This document shows, piece after piece, positions 17,640 to 27,663 of a DNA stretch of 64,000 bases. A program made the translations under genes and the position numbers. Below the pieces are notes generated by a model that was not told the DNA's origin, did not search any database, and saw only the letters and a list, made by a program, of their open reading frames with translations. The DNA is from a virus: positions 62,362 through 126,361 of IMG/VR virus record IMGVR_UViG_3300021389_000005; one strand, written 5' to 3'. Positions within the stretch are counted from its first letter, which is position 1, and each line of letters opens with the position of its first letter.

Positions 17640-19306
17640 GAATAGATTTTATAGAATTTAAGAACTTTGCAAGTTATGGAAACCAATTACAGAGAATAGA
17701 TTTTGAAAAAACAAATTCAGAATTATTCTTAACACTTGGTAAAAACGGTGATGGTAAAACTACTATTGCTAACGCCATGATATATGCTCTTTATGGTAAA
17801 GTAGAAGGTGTTAAATTATCAGATTTACCAAACAGAATTAACAAAGAACTTTACGTACGTATAGGTTTAAAATGCGGTGCGCTTCACATAGAAATAGAAA
17901 GAGGTTTAATGCCAAATAAATTTAGTGTTAAATTAAATGGAGTTGAATTCGATAAGGCAGGTAAAAAATCTGTACAGGACTATTTAGAAGAAGAGGTATT
18001 TGGTATTCCATATCATGTATTTAAAAACATAATTATTTTATCAGTAAATGATTTTAAATCATTTTTAACGATGTCTAATCAAGATAAAAAACAAATTATC
18101 GATAAGATGTTTGGTTTTTCTATTCTTAATGATATGCAGCGTCAAATAAAGGACGAGCGTAGACAAGTTAAGATGGATATTGATTCATATGAAAGTGAAC
18201 TTAATGAAATAATGAATTCTATTGGCTCTGTTAGAGGCAGACTTAACACACTTCTAGAAGAATCAAACACTGCTAATAAATCAAAAATAGAAGAATTAAA
18301 AACAAGTTTATTATCACTGAAATCTAGCGTAGAAACACTAGACACAGAGCGAACTAGTGCTGAAGGTGAAATGAATAAATTCAACACACAATATAACGAT
18401 AAACATTCTGACGCTAAAGATATTAAAAGAGAAATAGATTATCTAAATAAAAAACTCAAACTGTATGAAAGCGGTCATTGTCCAACATGTGAAACCAAAT
18501 TAGATTCAGAATGGCACACAAACCAAAAGTGTGAATTTGAAGAAAATATCAAAACTAACATGGACAGTATCAAATCTCTTAAAACAGAGATGGATGTTTT
18601 ATCAGAAAAGGTAACAGATGCAAGATACGCTAAACTAGATTTAGAAGGACAAATATCAGATCACAAGGTCACAATGCGTGGACTTAAAGAAGAACTAATG
18701 AAATTAAAGAATACTTCAGGTGGTAAAGACTTTGATCATTTAAGAAATCTTATTACTGAGTTCGAAGAAAAAGAAGCTACTAAATCCAAAAGCAAAGACA
18801 CTTTAAATGGTGATTATAGTTTTATGGAAGTAGTAGAACAAATATTAGGAGAGGACGGAGTTAAAAACTTAGCTGTTAAGACTATTTTACCAGGACTTAA
18901 TACCAATATCGCTGCGATGGCACAAACAATGCACTTACCGTTTCATATTAGATTTGATGAGAAGTTCAATTGTATTATTAATCATTTAGGCGAGGACATT
19001 AATCCAATGACTTTATCTACAGGTGAGAGAAAGAAAGCAGATTTTATTATTATCATTGCGATCATCAAAATACTTAAATTAAGATTTCCGCAATTAAATA
19101 TGTTATTCTTAGATGAATTATTATCATCAGTTGATCATGACGGTGTTTACAATATACTTAAGATATTAAATCAGGTAATTAAAGAAAATAAGATCAATAC
19201 GTTTGTGATCAATCACACAGTATTGCCACATGAAATCTTTGATAAAAAGATTCAGATATACAGAGAAAATGGCTTTTCAAAATTATCTATAGAAAGCATA
19301 GAATAA
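17636..19306 (+). CDS. gp46: Rad50/SbcC-like recombination ATPase
   Basis: GKNGDGKTT, coiled coil with CPTC hook, LSTGE and LFLDE. Confidence 0.92.
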   Translation: MRIDFIEFKNFASYGNQLQRIDFEKTNSELFLTLGKNGDGKTTIANAMIYALYGKVEGVKLSDLPNRINKELYVRIGLKCGALHIEIERGLMPNKFSVKLNGVEFDKAGKKSVQDYLEEEVFGIPYHVFKNIIILSVNDFKSFLTMSNQDKKQIIDKMFGFSILNDMQRQIKDERRQVKMDIDSYESELNEIMNSIGSVRGRLNTLLEESNTANKSKIEELKTSLLSLKSSVETLDTERTSAEGEMNKFNTQYNDKHSDAKDIKREIDYLNKKLKLYESGHCPTCETKLDSEWHTNQKCEFEENIKTNMDSIKSLKTEMDVLSEKVTDARYAKLDLEGQISDHKVTMRGLKEELMKLKNTSGGKDFDHLRNLITEFEEKEATKSKSKDTLNGDYSFMEVVEQILGEDGVKNLAVKTILPGLNTNIAAMAQTMHLPFHIRFDEKFNCIINHLGEDINPMTLSTGERKKADFIIIIAIIKILKLRFPQLNMLFLDELLSSVDHDGVYNILKILNQVIKENKINTFVINHTVLPHEIFDKKIQIYRENGFSKLSIESIE

Positions 19307-19312
19307 TATTAT

Positions 19313-19320
19313 GATATATA
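19313..19320 (+). promoter_or_regulatory. putative late promoter GATATATA
   Basis: Octamer upstream of the gp15-like gene. Further copies at 20413, 23161, 25214, 27564, 29169, 35453, 37489, 40038, 42938, 45076 and 62009. Confidence 0.7.
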
Positions 19321-19350
19321 GAATAACTATTAAATATACAATTTAACTAA

Positions 19351-20406
19351 GTGGCTACGTATAATCTCAAATACAACAAAGACGATAGTGTTATCAGGCA
19401 TATTATTATAGGTCTATTAGCAGATCTTAATAGTAAATTAAGTTTTAAAAGACAATTAAGCAATGATAATAGAGTTATCATTGACGTGCCGTTTTTTTAT
19501 TCGGTAAGCGGTGATGAGAACTTTTTAAAAGATGCTTTTTTATTTTCTAATGCTAACGGAATTGGGTGTGATCCAGATGGAGAATATGCAGATGGAAATT
19601 ATGATAAAGTACCAAGAGGTATTGTAAACTTAACTTCATTTGCTGTAGATCCTTCTAAATTAGTTAATAAAAGAAATTTAGGTAACTACAATAGGATCAA
19701 TGATGAAGGATTTATGGAAGGATTTGTTGCAGAATTTCAAATGATTCCAGTTGTCGTAGGTGTCGACATTGAAATTTTAGTTTCTAGTCAGTTAGATTTA
19801 TTTAAAGTAACTGAAGCATTAATTAAAAAAATGTATAAGGCTAATTTCTATCATGTAGATGCTGGTCATATTGAAGACGGAACTTATAGAATAAGCTCTC
19901 AATATATGATGCCAGATGATTACACACAAGAAAGACCAGTTGAATATGGTTTTGACGATAAGGGTAATCATAAAGTAACATTCTCACTAGAGATAAACTC
20001 ATTTCTCCCTGACTTTAATTTTGAAGAAGATCAAATTAGAAAATACACTACAGATTACTTTGCACTTGGTGCAATTGGTGATTATGTAGATCCTAATGGA
20101 TTTATTTCAGGCGTATCAGTTGGTCACATATATTGTGATAATGGAACAGGTGCAAAATGGGAATATAATGGAACAGCTTGGATTCAAATAGGTATATGTG
20201 GAGATGACGAGAATCAAAACCTTGGTGAGAAACTAGAAACAAAAGAAGAGGTTGTTAATGTAACCAGAAGAAGAAAACAAAGTAACAGAATGTTTACACT
20301 TGGTAACTCTTCAATAAACTTAGAAGATAAGCTAACAGATCAAGAAAGAACAATGTTAGGCGATAATTATAAGGTCACAGGACGTGACTTACCATTCAAA
20401 GAATAA
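19351..20406 (+). CDS. gp15: tail sheath stabilizer / tail terminator (gp15-like)
   Basis: DVPFFY, VPRGIVNLTSFAVDPSK and IPVVVGVDIEILVSSQLDLFKVTEAL match the gp15 layout. GTG start. Confidence 0.65.
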   Translation: MATYNLKYNKDDSVIRHIIIGLLADLNSKLSFKRQLSNDNRVIIDVPFFYSVSGDENFLKDAFLFSNANGIGCDPDGEYADGNYDKVPRGIVNLTSFAVDPSKLVNKRNLGNYNRINDEGFMEGFVAEFQMIPVVVGVDIEILVSSQLDLFKVTEALIKKMYKANFYHVDAGHIEDGTYRISSQYMMPDDYTQERPVEYGFDDKGNHKVTFSLEINSFLPDFNFEEDQIRKYTTDYFALGAIGDYVDPNGFISGVSVGHIYCDNGTGAKWEYNGTAWIQIGICGDDENQNLGEKLETKEEVVNVTRRRKQSNRMFTLGNSSINLEDKLTDQERTMLGDNYKVTGRDLPFKE

Positions 20407-20445
20407 TAGAATGATATATAAAGTAAATAAAAAATCTTAAACAAG

Positions 20446-21633
20446 ATGGCAAAATTAAATAAAAACATTATTTCACCAGTATTAGAGCATACAAACGGGT
20501 ATGTTTTCAACGTTGCTGGCCAAAATTTCAAAGTAGTTGGGAGCCACATAGGTATGTTCAACGAATCAAATTCGGCTTTTGCAGATTTACTTTCTGGTCA
20601 GAAAATGTTTAACATCAGTGAAAACACTGTTGATTTCATATATGACTATAATAGAAAAAGCATAGTTTCTTCAATAGACGAAAATGCATTCGATAACTTT
20701 AATAAAACACTCGAGGCTCAAGAAAAATTAGCGTTTCTAAAAGAAAGTACTAAAACCGTAAAACTAGGAGGAGGATCTAGCGCAGATGCTTTAAACGAAG
20801 CAAAGAATGAAGTGGCTCTTTTAGAAGCATTTCTTTCTACAATGAATAAATCTCCTAGAGGAATAAAGTTTACATACAACGTTAACGAAAATAGATATTT
20901 TGCAAATAACGTTGAGTTATTAAATCACAGTAATTCTATAGTAGAAACAATCGTAGCTTCAGGTTATATCAAATACCAAGACAAATCATTATTTAGTTTA
21001 TTTGAAAATACTTGTAAAAACCACGGATCTTACAAAAGATTAGATTTTTTAGTAGAATCAAGAAATAACAACATATCTGTTACTACTATGAAGGCAGGTC
21101 ACAACGTGTATGTTTGGAGAATGAATGAAACTACGACTCTTGGTAAATTTAGTAAATTTTTACCTGACACTGCAATAGAATACGTATCAGAACAAACAGG
21201 AGCTGATGTAACATATTTAGTTGAAGATTTATTAGAATCTTTTTCAGAAAGAAGAGAAGCTAAAAGAAATAAGATTTCGCTAATGCATGAAATGATTGCT
21301 TTCTTAAAGGATCAAAAGGGTAGAATTGCAGAAGCAGACAGAAATCTTCCAGATATTAAAGCAGCTGATCAGTTGATCAATACAGAAATCACTAGATTAA
21401 GTGAAGAACTTACAGACGCACAAAACGAAGAATTACTTGGACTTTCTGATGGTTATTTAGATGCTACAGTTTCTAGAGAAGCAGAAGGTTTAAAAGAAGG
21501 TGATCCAATTAAAGTAGATGCAGTAGAATATGCTTCAGCTGGAAAAGATGACACATTAACTGTTTTTGCAAACGACGAGCCTCTTAGAATTGAGAAATTC
21601 AAAGTTGCCTTAGAAGCAGGTGCAGGAGTTTAA
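20446..21633 (+). CDS. hypothetical late (probably virion) protein
   Basis: Long ORF preceded by GATATATA at 20413. Confidence 0.6.
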   Translation: MAKLNKNIISPVLEHTNGYVFNVAGQNFKVVGSHIGMFNESNSAFADLLSGQKMFNISENTVDFIYDYNRKSIVSSIDENAFDNFNKTLEAQEKLAFLKESTKTVKLGGGSSADALNEAKNEVALLEAFLSTMNKSPRGIKFTYNVNENRYFANNVELLNHSNSIVETIVASGYIKYQDKSLFSLFENTCKNHGSYKRLDFLVESRNNNISVTTMKAGHNVYVWRMNETTTLGKFSKFLPDTAIEYVSEQTGADVTYLVEDLLESFSERREAKRNKISLMHEMIAFLKDQKGRIAEADRNLPDIKAADQLINTEITRLSEELTDAQNEELLGLSDGYLDATVSREAEGLKEGDPIKVDAVEYASAGKDDTLTVFANDEPLRIEKFKVALEAGAGV

Positions 21634-21656
21634 TACTCATATATAAATTATTAATT

Positions 21657-21687
21657 AAAGCCCGTTTGGAAACAAATGGGCTTTTTT
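21657..21687 (+). terminator. rho-independent terminator overlapping a middle promoter
   Basis: AAAGCCCGTTTG-GAAA-CAAATGGGCTTTTTT. Confidence 0.8.
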
Positions 21688-21695
21688 GTGTATAA
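21669..21695 (+). promoter_or_regulatory. putative middle promoter GAAAC-N17-TATAA upstream of gp55
   Basis: Exact motif and spacing. Confidence 0.65.
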
Positions 21696-21716
21696 ACTTA
21701 AACTAAAAGGAATTAA

Positions 21717-22094
21717 ATGCCTAGAAAAAAGAATTACCTCAATAACAAAGATCTTTATAACGCAATAGTAGAATCTAAAGATCAAGATAAGTTAACACCT
21801 ACAGCAGAGAAGATGTTAATATTACTTGCAGAAAGAGCAATAAATAAATTAACATACGTAAATAGCGACGATAGAGATGATTGCTTACAATTTGCCATGT
21901 TAGATTTACTAAAATACTGGCGTAATTTCAATCCCAAGTATACTAATGCATTTGCATATTTTACAGAGATAGCAAAAAGAGGATATGCTAAAGGTTGGAA
22001 TAAAATACACCCACAAAAATATAAAAACACACTTTCTATGGATAAGATTTCTTCAAAGGATTCTAGTGGAGACGGTGGAATGTTCAATATCTAA
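21717..22094 (+). CDS. gp55: late transcription sigma factor
   Basis: NYLNNKDLY and KYWRNFNPKYTNAFAYFTEIAKRGY. Confidence 0.88.
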   Translation: MPRKKNYLNNKDLYNAIVESKDQDKLTPTAEKMLILLAERAINKLTYVNSDDRDDCLQFAMLDLLKYWRNFNPKYTNAFAYFTEIAKRGYAKGWNKIHPQKYKNTLSMDKISSKDSSGDGGMFNI

Positions 22095-22567
22095 TGTCAA
22101 TAAAAAATGTCAAGCCAACTAATAATTCAGGATTTGTACAAGGATATTTTATTCCAACAAACCCAGAAAAATATATTGGCCCGACACCCATTATATACAG
22201 ATCATCTTGGGAAAGAAAGTTCATGATAATGTGTGATACTAAAGATAATGTCGTTAAGTGGGCAAGCGAGCCTGTTGAGATTAAGTATATATGGTCTTTT
22301 GATAAAAGAGAACATAAGTATTATCCTGACTTCTATATGAAAACAAAAACAGAAGAAGGTTTTGAAGAGTTTCTAGTTGAAATAAAACCCGAAGCTCAGA
22401 TAAAAAAACCCCAGCCTCCTAAAAAAAGAAGCAAGGGTGCCATTAAATCATATAAGTTTTTAGCAGAACAGTATGTTAAGAATATGGATAAATATAAGTA
22501 CGCCAGAGCTTGGTCAGAAAACCGAGGATGGAGATTTATCGTACTTACAGAAAAGTCACTTAAATAA
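22094..22567 (+). CDS. gp4: head completion nuclease
   Basis: NPEKYIG, IIYRSSWERKFM, WASE, YYPDF, VEIKP and FIVLTE. Confidence 0.9.
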   Translation: MSIKNVKPTNNSGFVQGYFIPTNPEKYIGPTPIIYRSSWERKFMIMCDTKDNVVKWASEPVEIKYIWSFDKREHKYYPDFYMKTKTEEGFEEFLVEIKPEAQIKKPQPPKKRSKGAIKSYKFLAEQYVKNMDKYKYARAWSENRGWRFIVLTEKSLK

Positions 22568-23160
22568 TGGGTCAAATTAAAAAGGACATAAAACAATTAT
22601 CTAAAAATGCCGGTAGCATGAATAAAGCTATTAATGAGGCTAAAAAATGGTTTGATAAAGGCAAGACAAAAAGTATCGCAGATACTCGTAGGCCATTTGA
22701 ACCGGGTAAGATATATGTCTTTGAATATAAAAAACCTAAACACATTGACAGGATCGCATGGTTTGATGCTAATCCTGTTGTTCTAGCATTAGATCCAACA
22801 GATTTTGGAAACGATTGTGGCATTAACTTAAACCTTTTACCCCCTAAAATTAAAGAAGATTTATTGGATTTTGTATATGAACAAATGAAAGGACAAATAG
22901 AGAATCAAAAAAAGGGAGGTACTGCAGATAACGCAAAAAAACAAAGTGAACTTAAGTTTACATATGAAGGTGCAAAGAGATTTTTAAAAGATTATGGTTT
23001 TGATTTTGCAATAAGACAGTATATTCCAAACCTTAAGTCAAATCAAAAAGTTGTTTCCTATGAAAGTTGGGCGAAGATAGCGATTTTAGACTTTGCAGAC
23101 ATAAATGGTAGCGACTTGAATAAGATCCAGGAAGCATTTAGAAACCACTTAAAGAAATGA
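22567..23160 (+). CDS. gp2: DNA end protector protein
   Basis: PGKIYVFEY, WFDANPVVL, GINLNLLPP and IRQY. Confidence 0.75.
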   Translation: MGQIKKDIKQLSKNAGSMNKAINEAKKWFDKGKTKSIADTRRPFEPGKIYVFEYKKPKHIDRIAWFDANPVVLALDPTDFGNDCGINLNLLPPKIKEDLLDFVYEQMKGQIENQKKGGTADNAKKQSELKFTYEGAKRFLKDYGFDFAIRQYIPNLKSNQKVVSYESWAKIAILDFADINGSDLNKIQEAFRNHLKK

Positions 23161-23190
23161 GATATATAAAACATAACATAAATTAAAAGT

Positions 23191-24789
23191 ATGGCAGGAT
23201 TTACAGAAAAAAGAAACGGGCCATTGAGCGTCAATACAAAACCGTTTAGCCTCTCAAGCGCACTTAAAACCTTGAGTAGCTTCGGTATGCGCTATGATGA
23301 TTTAGTACTTAGACAGTCACAAGCCATTGGTCCAATGGAGGACCAGATCGGTTATGGGGAAATGAACCCATTCGGTTTCGACAACGATGATATTTACGGA
23401 GCATTTGCAGCAATGTCAATGACCGATATTAATCTTAAGAAGAATATACCATTCTTTGATAAAGATTACATAAGTAAGAGAGATGAATTGAGAAGATTCT
23501 CAACCAACGATGAGATCGAAGATATTTTAGATATTCTTTGTGATGAGACTATAGTATACGATGAGAAGAATTTCTTCGCTCAACCTGAAGTTTTAGGACT
23601 TGATATATCTGATAAAGTAAATAAAGACCTTAACAGATATTTCAGACAGATCTATCACTACTTTGGTTTTACAGAAGATCAATCAGCATGGTACTATTAT
23701 AGAAAATTCTTAATAGACGGTTACTTATCATTTGAGATAATTTATTCCCCAGACCAAAAAGAGATTATAGGTTTTAAAGAACTTGATCCTGTTACGTTAA
23801 TCCCTGGATATAATAACGACGATGGTAAAAAAGTTTGGGTACAATATAAAGATGATCCAGTAAAAGAAAGAAAGCTTTATGATTCACAGATCATATACAT
23901 ATCTTATTCTTCTATTACAACAGCATCGAGAGTCTCTTACTTAGAAAGATTAGTAAGAGCATTTAACCTACTTAGAATTATGGAACACACTAGAGTGATC
24001 TGGTCTGTTACCAATGCTTCATTTAGAATGAAGTTTATTATCCCAGTTGGTGGTAAATCTAAAACAAGAGCAAAGCAATCACTTTCTCAGTTAATGAATT
24101 CTTATAAAGAACAGGTTGATTTTGATTGGGACTCAGCTTCTCTCTCAACTGATGGTAAACCTATGCTCCAGTTTAGTAAAGAATATTGGTTACCTTCTAA
24201 AGACGGTGATTCACCAGAAATCGAAACACTTGGTGGTGAAGGTCCAGAATTAAATGATACAGAAGCACTTAAATATTTCTCAGATAAATTAAAACATGTA
24301 TCTAAGATTCCGTTTAATAGATTCTTGTATGAAGATGGTGGTGGGGAATTTAACCTTGCAGCCGACGGTATGATTAGAGATGAGATCAAGTTTGGTAAAT
24401 TTATTAAGCGTTTAAGATCTACATTCCAAGAAATATTAGTTAAGCCATTGTATTTACAAATCTGTTTAAAATATCCAGAATTTGTAGATGATCCACAATT
24501 TAAAACTCAAGTAGCTCTAAGATTCAACGAAGAAAATATGTTTGCAGAAATGAAGCATATGGAAATCATGGAAAAAAGACTTGAATTTATTGGTAACATG
24601 AGAGATAGTTTAATGACAACTAATCAAGAAACTATGGAAGAAGAGTATTACTTCGACCAAGAATACCTAGTCAAAAAGTACTTAAAGCTATCTGACGACG
24701 AAATAAGATCTAACGAAGCAGCCAAAGCTGCAAAAGCTAGAGAAGAAGCAGAAGAACCAGAGGAAGAAGACGATGGAATGGGCATCTAA
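23191..24789 (+). CDS. gp20: portal vertex protein
   Basis: FLIDG, SYLERLVRAFNLLRIME, EYWLP...EIETLGG, IRDEIKFGKFIKRLR. Confidence 0.93.
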   Translation: MAGFTEKRNGPLSVNTKPFSLSSALKTLSSFGMRYDDLVLRQSQAIGPMEDQIGYGEMNPFGFDNDDIYGAFAAMSMTDINLKKNIPFFDKDYISKRDELRRFSTNDEIEDILDILCDETIVYDEKNFFAQPEVLGLDISDKVNKDLNRYFRQIYHYFGFTEDQSAWYYYRKFLIDGYLSFEIIYSPDQKEIIGFKELDPVTLIPGYNNDDGKKVWVQYKDDPVKERKLYDSQIIYISYSSITTASRVSYLERLVRAFNLLRIMEHTRVIWSVTNASFRMKFIIPVGGKSKTRAKQSLSQLMNSYKEQVDFDWDSASLSTDGKPMLQFSKEYWLPSKDGDSPEIETLGGEGPELNDTEALKYFSDKLKHVSKIPFNRFLYEDGGGEFNLAADGMIRDEIKFGKFIKRLRSTFQEILVKPLYLQICLKYPEFVDDPQFKTQVALRFNEENMFAEMKHMEIMEKRLEFIGNMRDSLMTTNQETMEEEYYFDQEYLVKKYLKLSDDEIRSNEAAKAAKAREEAEEPEEEDDGMGI

Positions 24790-24813
24790 AATAAATTGAA
24801 TATATAAATTATT

Positions 24814-25182
24814 ATGAAAGTAATTAAAACAATCGAATCATTTGCAAAAGAATCTCGCTACAATAGAGTTATTGAAGCGGCAGTAAAGGCAGGTGAAGAA
24901 TCTAAAGTCTATGTCGACGATATCGATACAGACTCTGGTAAAACAGTAAAAGCTGTTGAAATCATCGGAGCTATTGCAGCTTATCCTACAGAGAAAGAAT
25001 TTAAAAAGTATTTCTATGATCAATACGGAGAAAATGCATTTGGTGAAGGTGAAATTGAAGTGATTATTAAATATTACAATGACGTCAAAGCCGAACAAGC
25101 TGAAGCTGAAAAAGAAGCTGAAAAAGAAGAAGGCGGAGAAGGTGAAGAAGGTGGTGAAGATGATCCACTGGCAGACATCTAA
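24814..25182 (+). CDS. probable prohead core/internal protein (gp67/68 position)
   Basis: Between portal and protease; acidic tail; N-terminus MKVIKTIESF. Confidence 0.55.
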   Translation: MKVIKTIESFAKESRYNRVIEAAVKAGEESKVYVDDIDTDSGKTVKAVEIIGAIAAYPTEKEFKKYFYDQYGENAFGEGEIEVIIKYYNDVKAEQAEAEKEAEKEEGGEGEEGGEDDPLADI

Positions 25183-25244
25183 AGGTAATAAGATAATTAC
25201 ATAATAACTAAAGGATATATATTAAAAATAGAAAATCCATAAAT

Positions 25245-27560
25245 ATGAAAAAAGCAAAGGATTTGCTAATCGTTGAAATGTCGTCAAAGGCTCTGAATGT
25301 AACATCATCAGAGGAGAAAGATTATGTTCTCGAAGGAGTATTTGGTCAAATTGATCAAAAAAATAGAAACAATAGAATCTACACTGAAGATGAGTATGTT
25401 CCTCAAATTGAGGCTCTTCAGCAGAAAATTGAATCTTCTAAATTGTTAGGTGAATTAGATCATCCACAGCAATTTGATACTTCATTGAAAAACGTATCAC
25501 ACATCGTTGAAGAACTTTTTTATGATAAAGAAAGCAAAGAAGTAAGAGGTAAAATCAGATTATTAGATACTGATGCAGGTAGACAAGCTAAAGCATTAGT
25601 TGATGCTGGTGTACCATTACAAATCTCATCAAGAGCAGCAGGAGCTGTCGAATCAAACGGTAAAGTAAAAATCAAGCAATTATTCACTTATGATCTAGTA
25701 GCTGACCCAGGTTTTGAAAATGCAGAACTTAAGAGAGTTAATGAATCTTATGGATATACAACAGATAATGGTTTGTACATTTATGAAATGGGCGAAGCAA
25801 ATGTTACCGAAAATATTGAAACTCAAAACACAAACATAGAAATAAAAGAAAATAAAAACATGGAGGAATTCGTAAAAGCCGAAGACTTTAATAGATATTC
25901 TGAATATCTAGCAAAAGAAATTAAAGGCATAAAAGAGTCAATGGACGCTAAAGCTGCCGATGCTAGTGAAGACATGACTGTAGAAAACATTAAATCTCAC
26001 AATGATCATATCGCTGATAACGTTAATACATTATCAGAGTATGTTACTTATTTAGCTGAGAAATTAGACCAATCTATTCAATATTCTGAGCATGTTGCTG
26101 AGAAAGCAGATCAAGGTATATCATATACTGAGAACATTGCTGAGAAAGTAGATCAAGGCATTCAATATTCTGAGCATTTAGCTGAGTCTATTACTAAAGT
26201 AAAAGATTTCGCTAACTATTTAGCAGAATCTCATAACGAAGGTGCTGATTCATCAGCTAATCTTTTAGGTTATGTAGAATATTTAAGAGAAAACTTACAA
26301 TCTATTTCAGAATACGCAGAATACATTGCAGAATCAATCAACGAAAACTTAGTAGTTGAAGATGGTGCAGGTGTAGATGCAGAAGATATGGAAGACGAAA
26401 CTGTTGATGAAACGCCAGACGTTGTTGATGGTGACGGAGAAGAGTACGCAAAAGCTGACGATAGAGCAGAAGATAATTCAGACGAATTAGAAGATGAAAT
26501 CGAAGCAGGTGAAGAAGGTGCTAAAGAAGTTACTGAAGACGAAGGTGAAGAAGCTGGTAAAGAAGTTGAAGAAATCGAAGATGATGCAGCTGAAGAGCTT
26601 GAAGAAGACAAAGCTGAAGAAATTGAAGACGACATTAACGATAAAGGTGAAGTTGAAGATCTAGACGACAAAGTAGAAGATACTGAAGAAGAAGTTGAAA
26701 ATGCAGAAGATCACGTAGACGAAGAAGACGAAGCTGCTGAAGAAGAATCTGAAGAATCTGAAGAAGCTGAAGGCGAAGAAGCAACTGAAGAAGTTGAAGA
26801 GTCTGAAGAAGGTGCAAAAGATTTAGAAGAAATTGAAGGTGAAGAAGTTGAAGCTGGTGATAATTCAGAAGAAGGCGACGTTGATGCACATGAAGCTGGA
26901 GAAGAAGCTGAAGATTTAGAATCTGATTTAGATAACAGTGATCAAGAAATTCCACCAACAGGTAATACTGACGAAGTAGAATCTGGTGAAGGTGAAGAAG
27001 AAGCAGAAGGTGAAGATGGAGCACAAGATCCATTAGAAGCTTATAAAAGTGAAATCTCTGCAAAACTAAACAATTTGATTGAAACTGCTCAAATTAAAGA
27101 AAATGAAAATCCATCTTTCTTTAGAGTTGTATCATCATCTACAATAGAAAAGTACAATGCTCTTAACGAGGACGCTAAAACAGAAGTTAGATCAGCAGTA
27201 TCTAAAAGAGGTTTTATGACTGAAAGAGAAATTACATCTATTATTGAATCATCTCAATTAATCGTTGAGAATAAAAACGCTGAACCATTTTTCTTAGCGG
27301 CTATGCCACTAGAATATAAAGAAACATGGACAAACTTAAGCGAAGCTAAGCAAAATCAAGTTGCTGCACAATCAAAGTATCATACTTTAAATACTGAGTA
27401 TCAAGTAAGAAACTTCTGGCAAACTAGAGATCTTAGAGAAACTAAAGTTGATTTAGATAAAGTAGCAATGGTTACAGAATCCAAAAAAGAAGACAAGCCA
27501 ACGCTTGGATATGACGCTGGAATCTACGCTGATGCTATGAAGAAAAGATTCAAGAAATAA
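25245..27560 (+). CDS. gp21: prohead protease fused to an acidic scaffold/core domain (gp21 + gp22-like)
   Basis: N-terminal NRNNRIY, LGELDHP, ISSRAAG and YDLVADPG, then 14-aa repeats and a long E/D-rich tract. Confidence 0.85.
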   Translation: MKKAKDLLIVEMSSKALNVTSSEEKDYVLEGVFGQIDQKNRNNRIYTEDEYVPQIEALQQKIESSKLLGELDHPQQFDTSLKNVSHIVEELFYDKESKEVRGKIRLLDTDAGRQAKALVDAGVPLQISSRAAGAVESNGKVKIKQLFTYDLVADPGFENAELKRVNESYGYTTDNGLYIYEMGEANVTENIETQNTNIEIKENKNMEEFVKAEDFNRYSEYLAKEIKGIKESMDAKAADASEDMTVENIKSHNDHIADNVNTLSEYVTYLAEKLDQSIQYSEHVAEKADQGISYTENIAEKVDQGIQYSEHLAESITKVKDFANYLAESHNEGADSSANLLGYVEYLRENLQSISEYAEYIAESINENLVVEDGAGVDAEDMEDETVDETPDVVDGDGEEYAKADDRAEDNSDELEDEIEAGEEGAKEVTEDEGEEAGKEVEEIEDDAAEELEEDKAEEIEDDINDKGEVEDLDDKVEDTEEEVENAEDHVDEEDEAAEEESEESEEAEGEEATEEVEESEEGAKDLEEIEGEEVEAGDNSEEGDVDAHEAGEEAEDLESDLDNSDQEIPPTGNTDEVESGEGEEEAEGEDGAQDPLEAYKSEISAKLNNLIETAQIKENENPSFFRVVSSSTIEKYNALNEDAKTEVRSAVSKRGFMTEREITSIIESSQLIVENKNAEPFFLAAMPLEYKETWTNLSEAKQNQVAAQSKYHTLNTEYQVRNFWQTRDLRETKVDLDKVAMVTESKKEDKPTLGYDAGIYADAMKKRFKK

Positions 27561-27663
27561 AAAGATATATAATAATATAATCGACGAAACGGGTGACAGA
27601 AGCAGAAAACCCAAGCATGTCGAGTTTAACTATAAACACAAACAAAAAAAGAACATTTACAAA

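Noticed and set aside
22094-22567. TnsA-like transposase / mobile element
   Set aside because: The motifs and position between gp55 and gp2 identify it as the T4 gp4 head completion protein, and no transposon ends or partner genes are present.
26350-27030. Repeat array or CRISPR-like pattern
   Set aside because: Low-complexity coding sequence. No constant repeat with unique spacers was seen here or elsewhere in the window.
26270-27063. Minus-strand Ser-rich and Leu/Gln-rich ORFs
   Set aside because: They are shadows of the GAA/GAT-rich acidic tract on the + strand.
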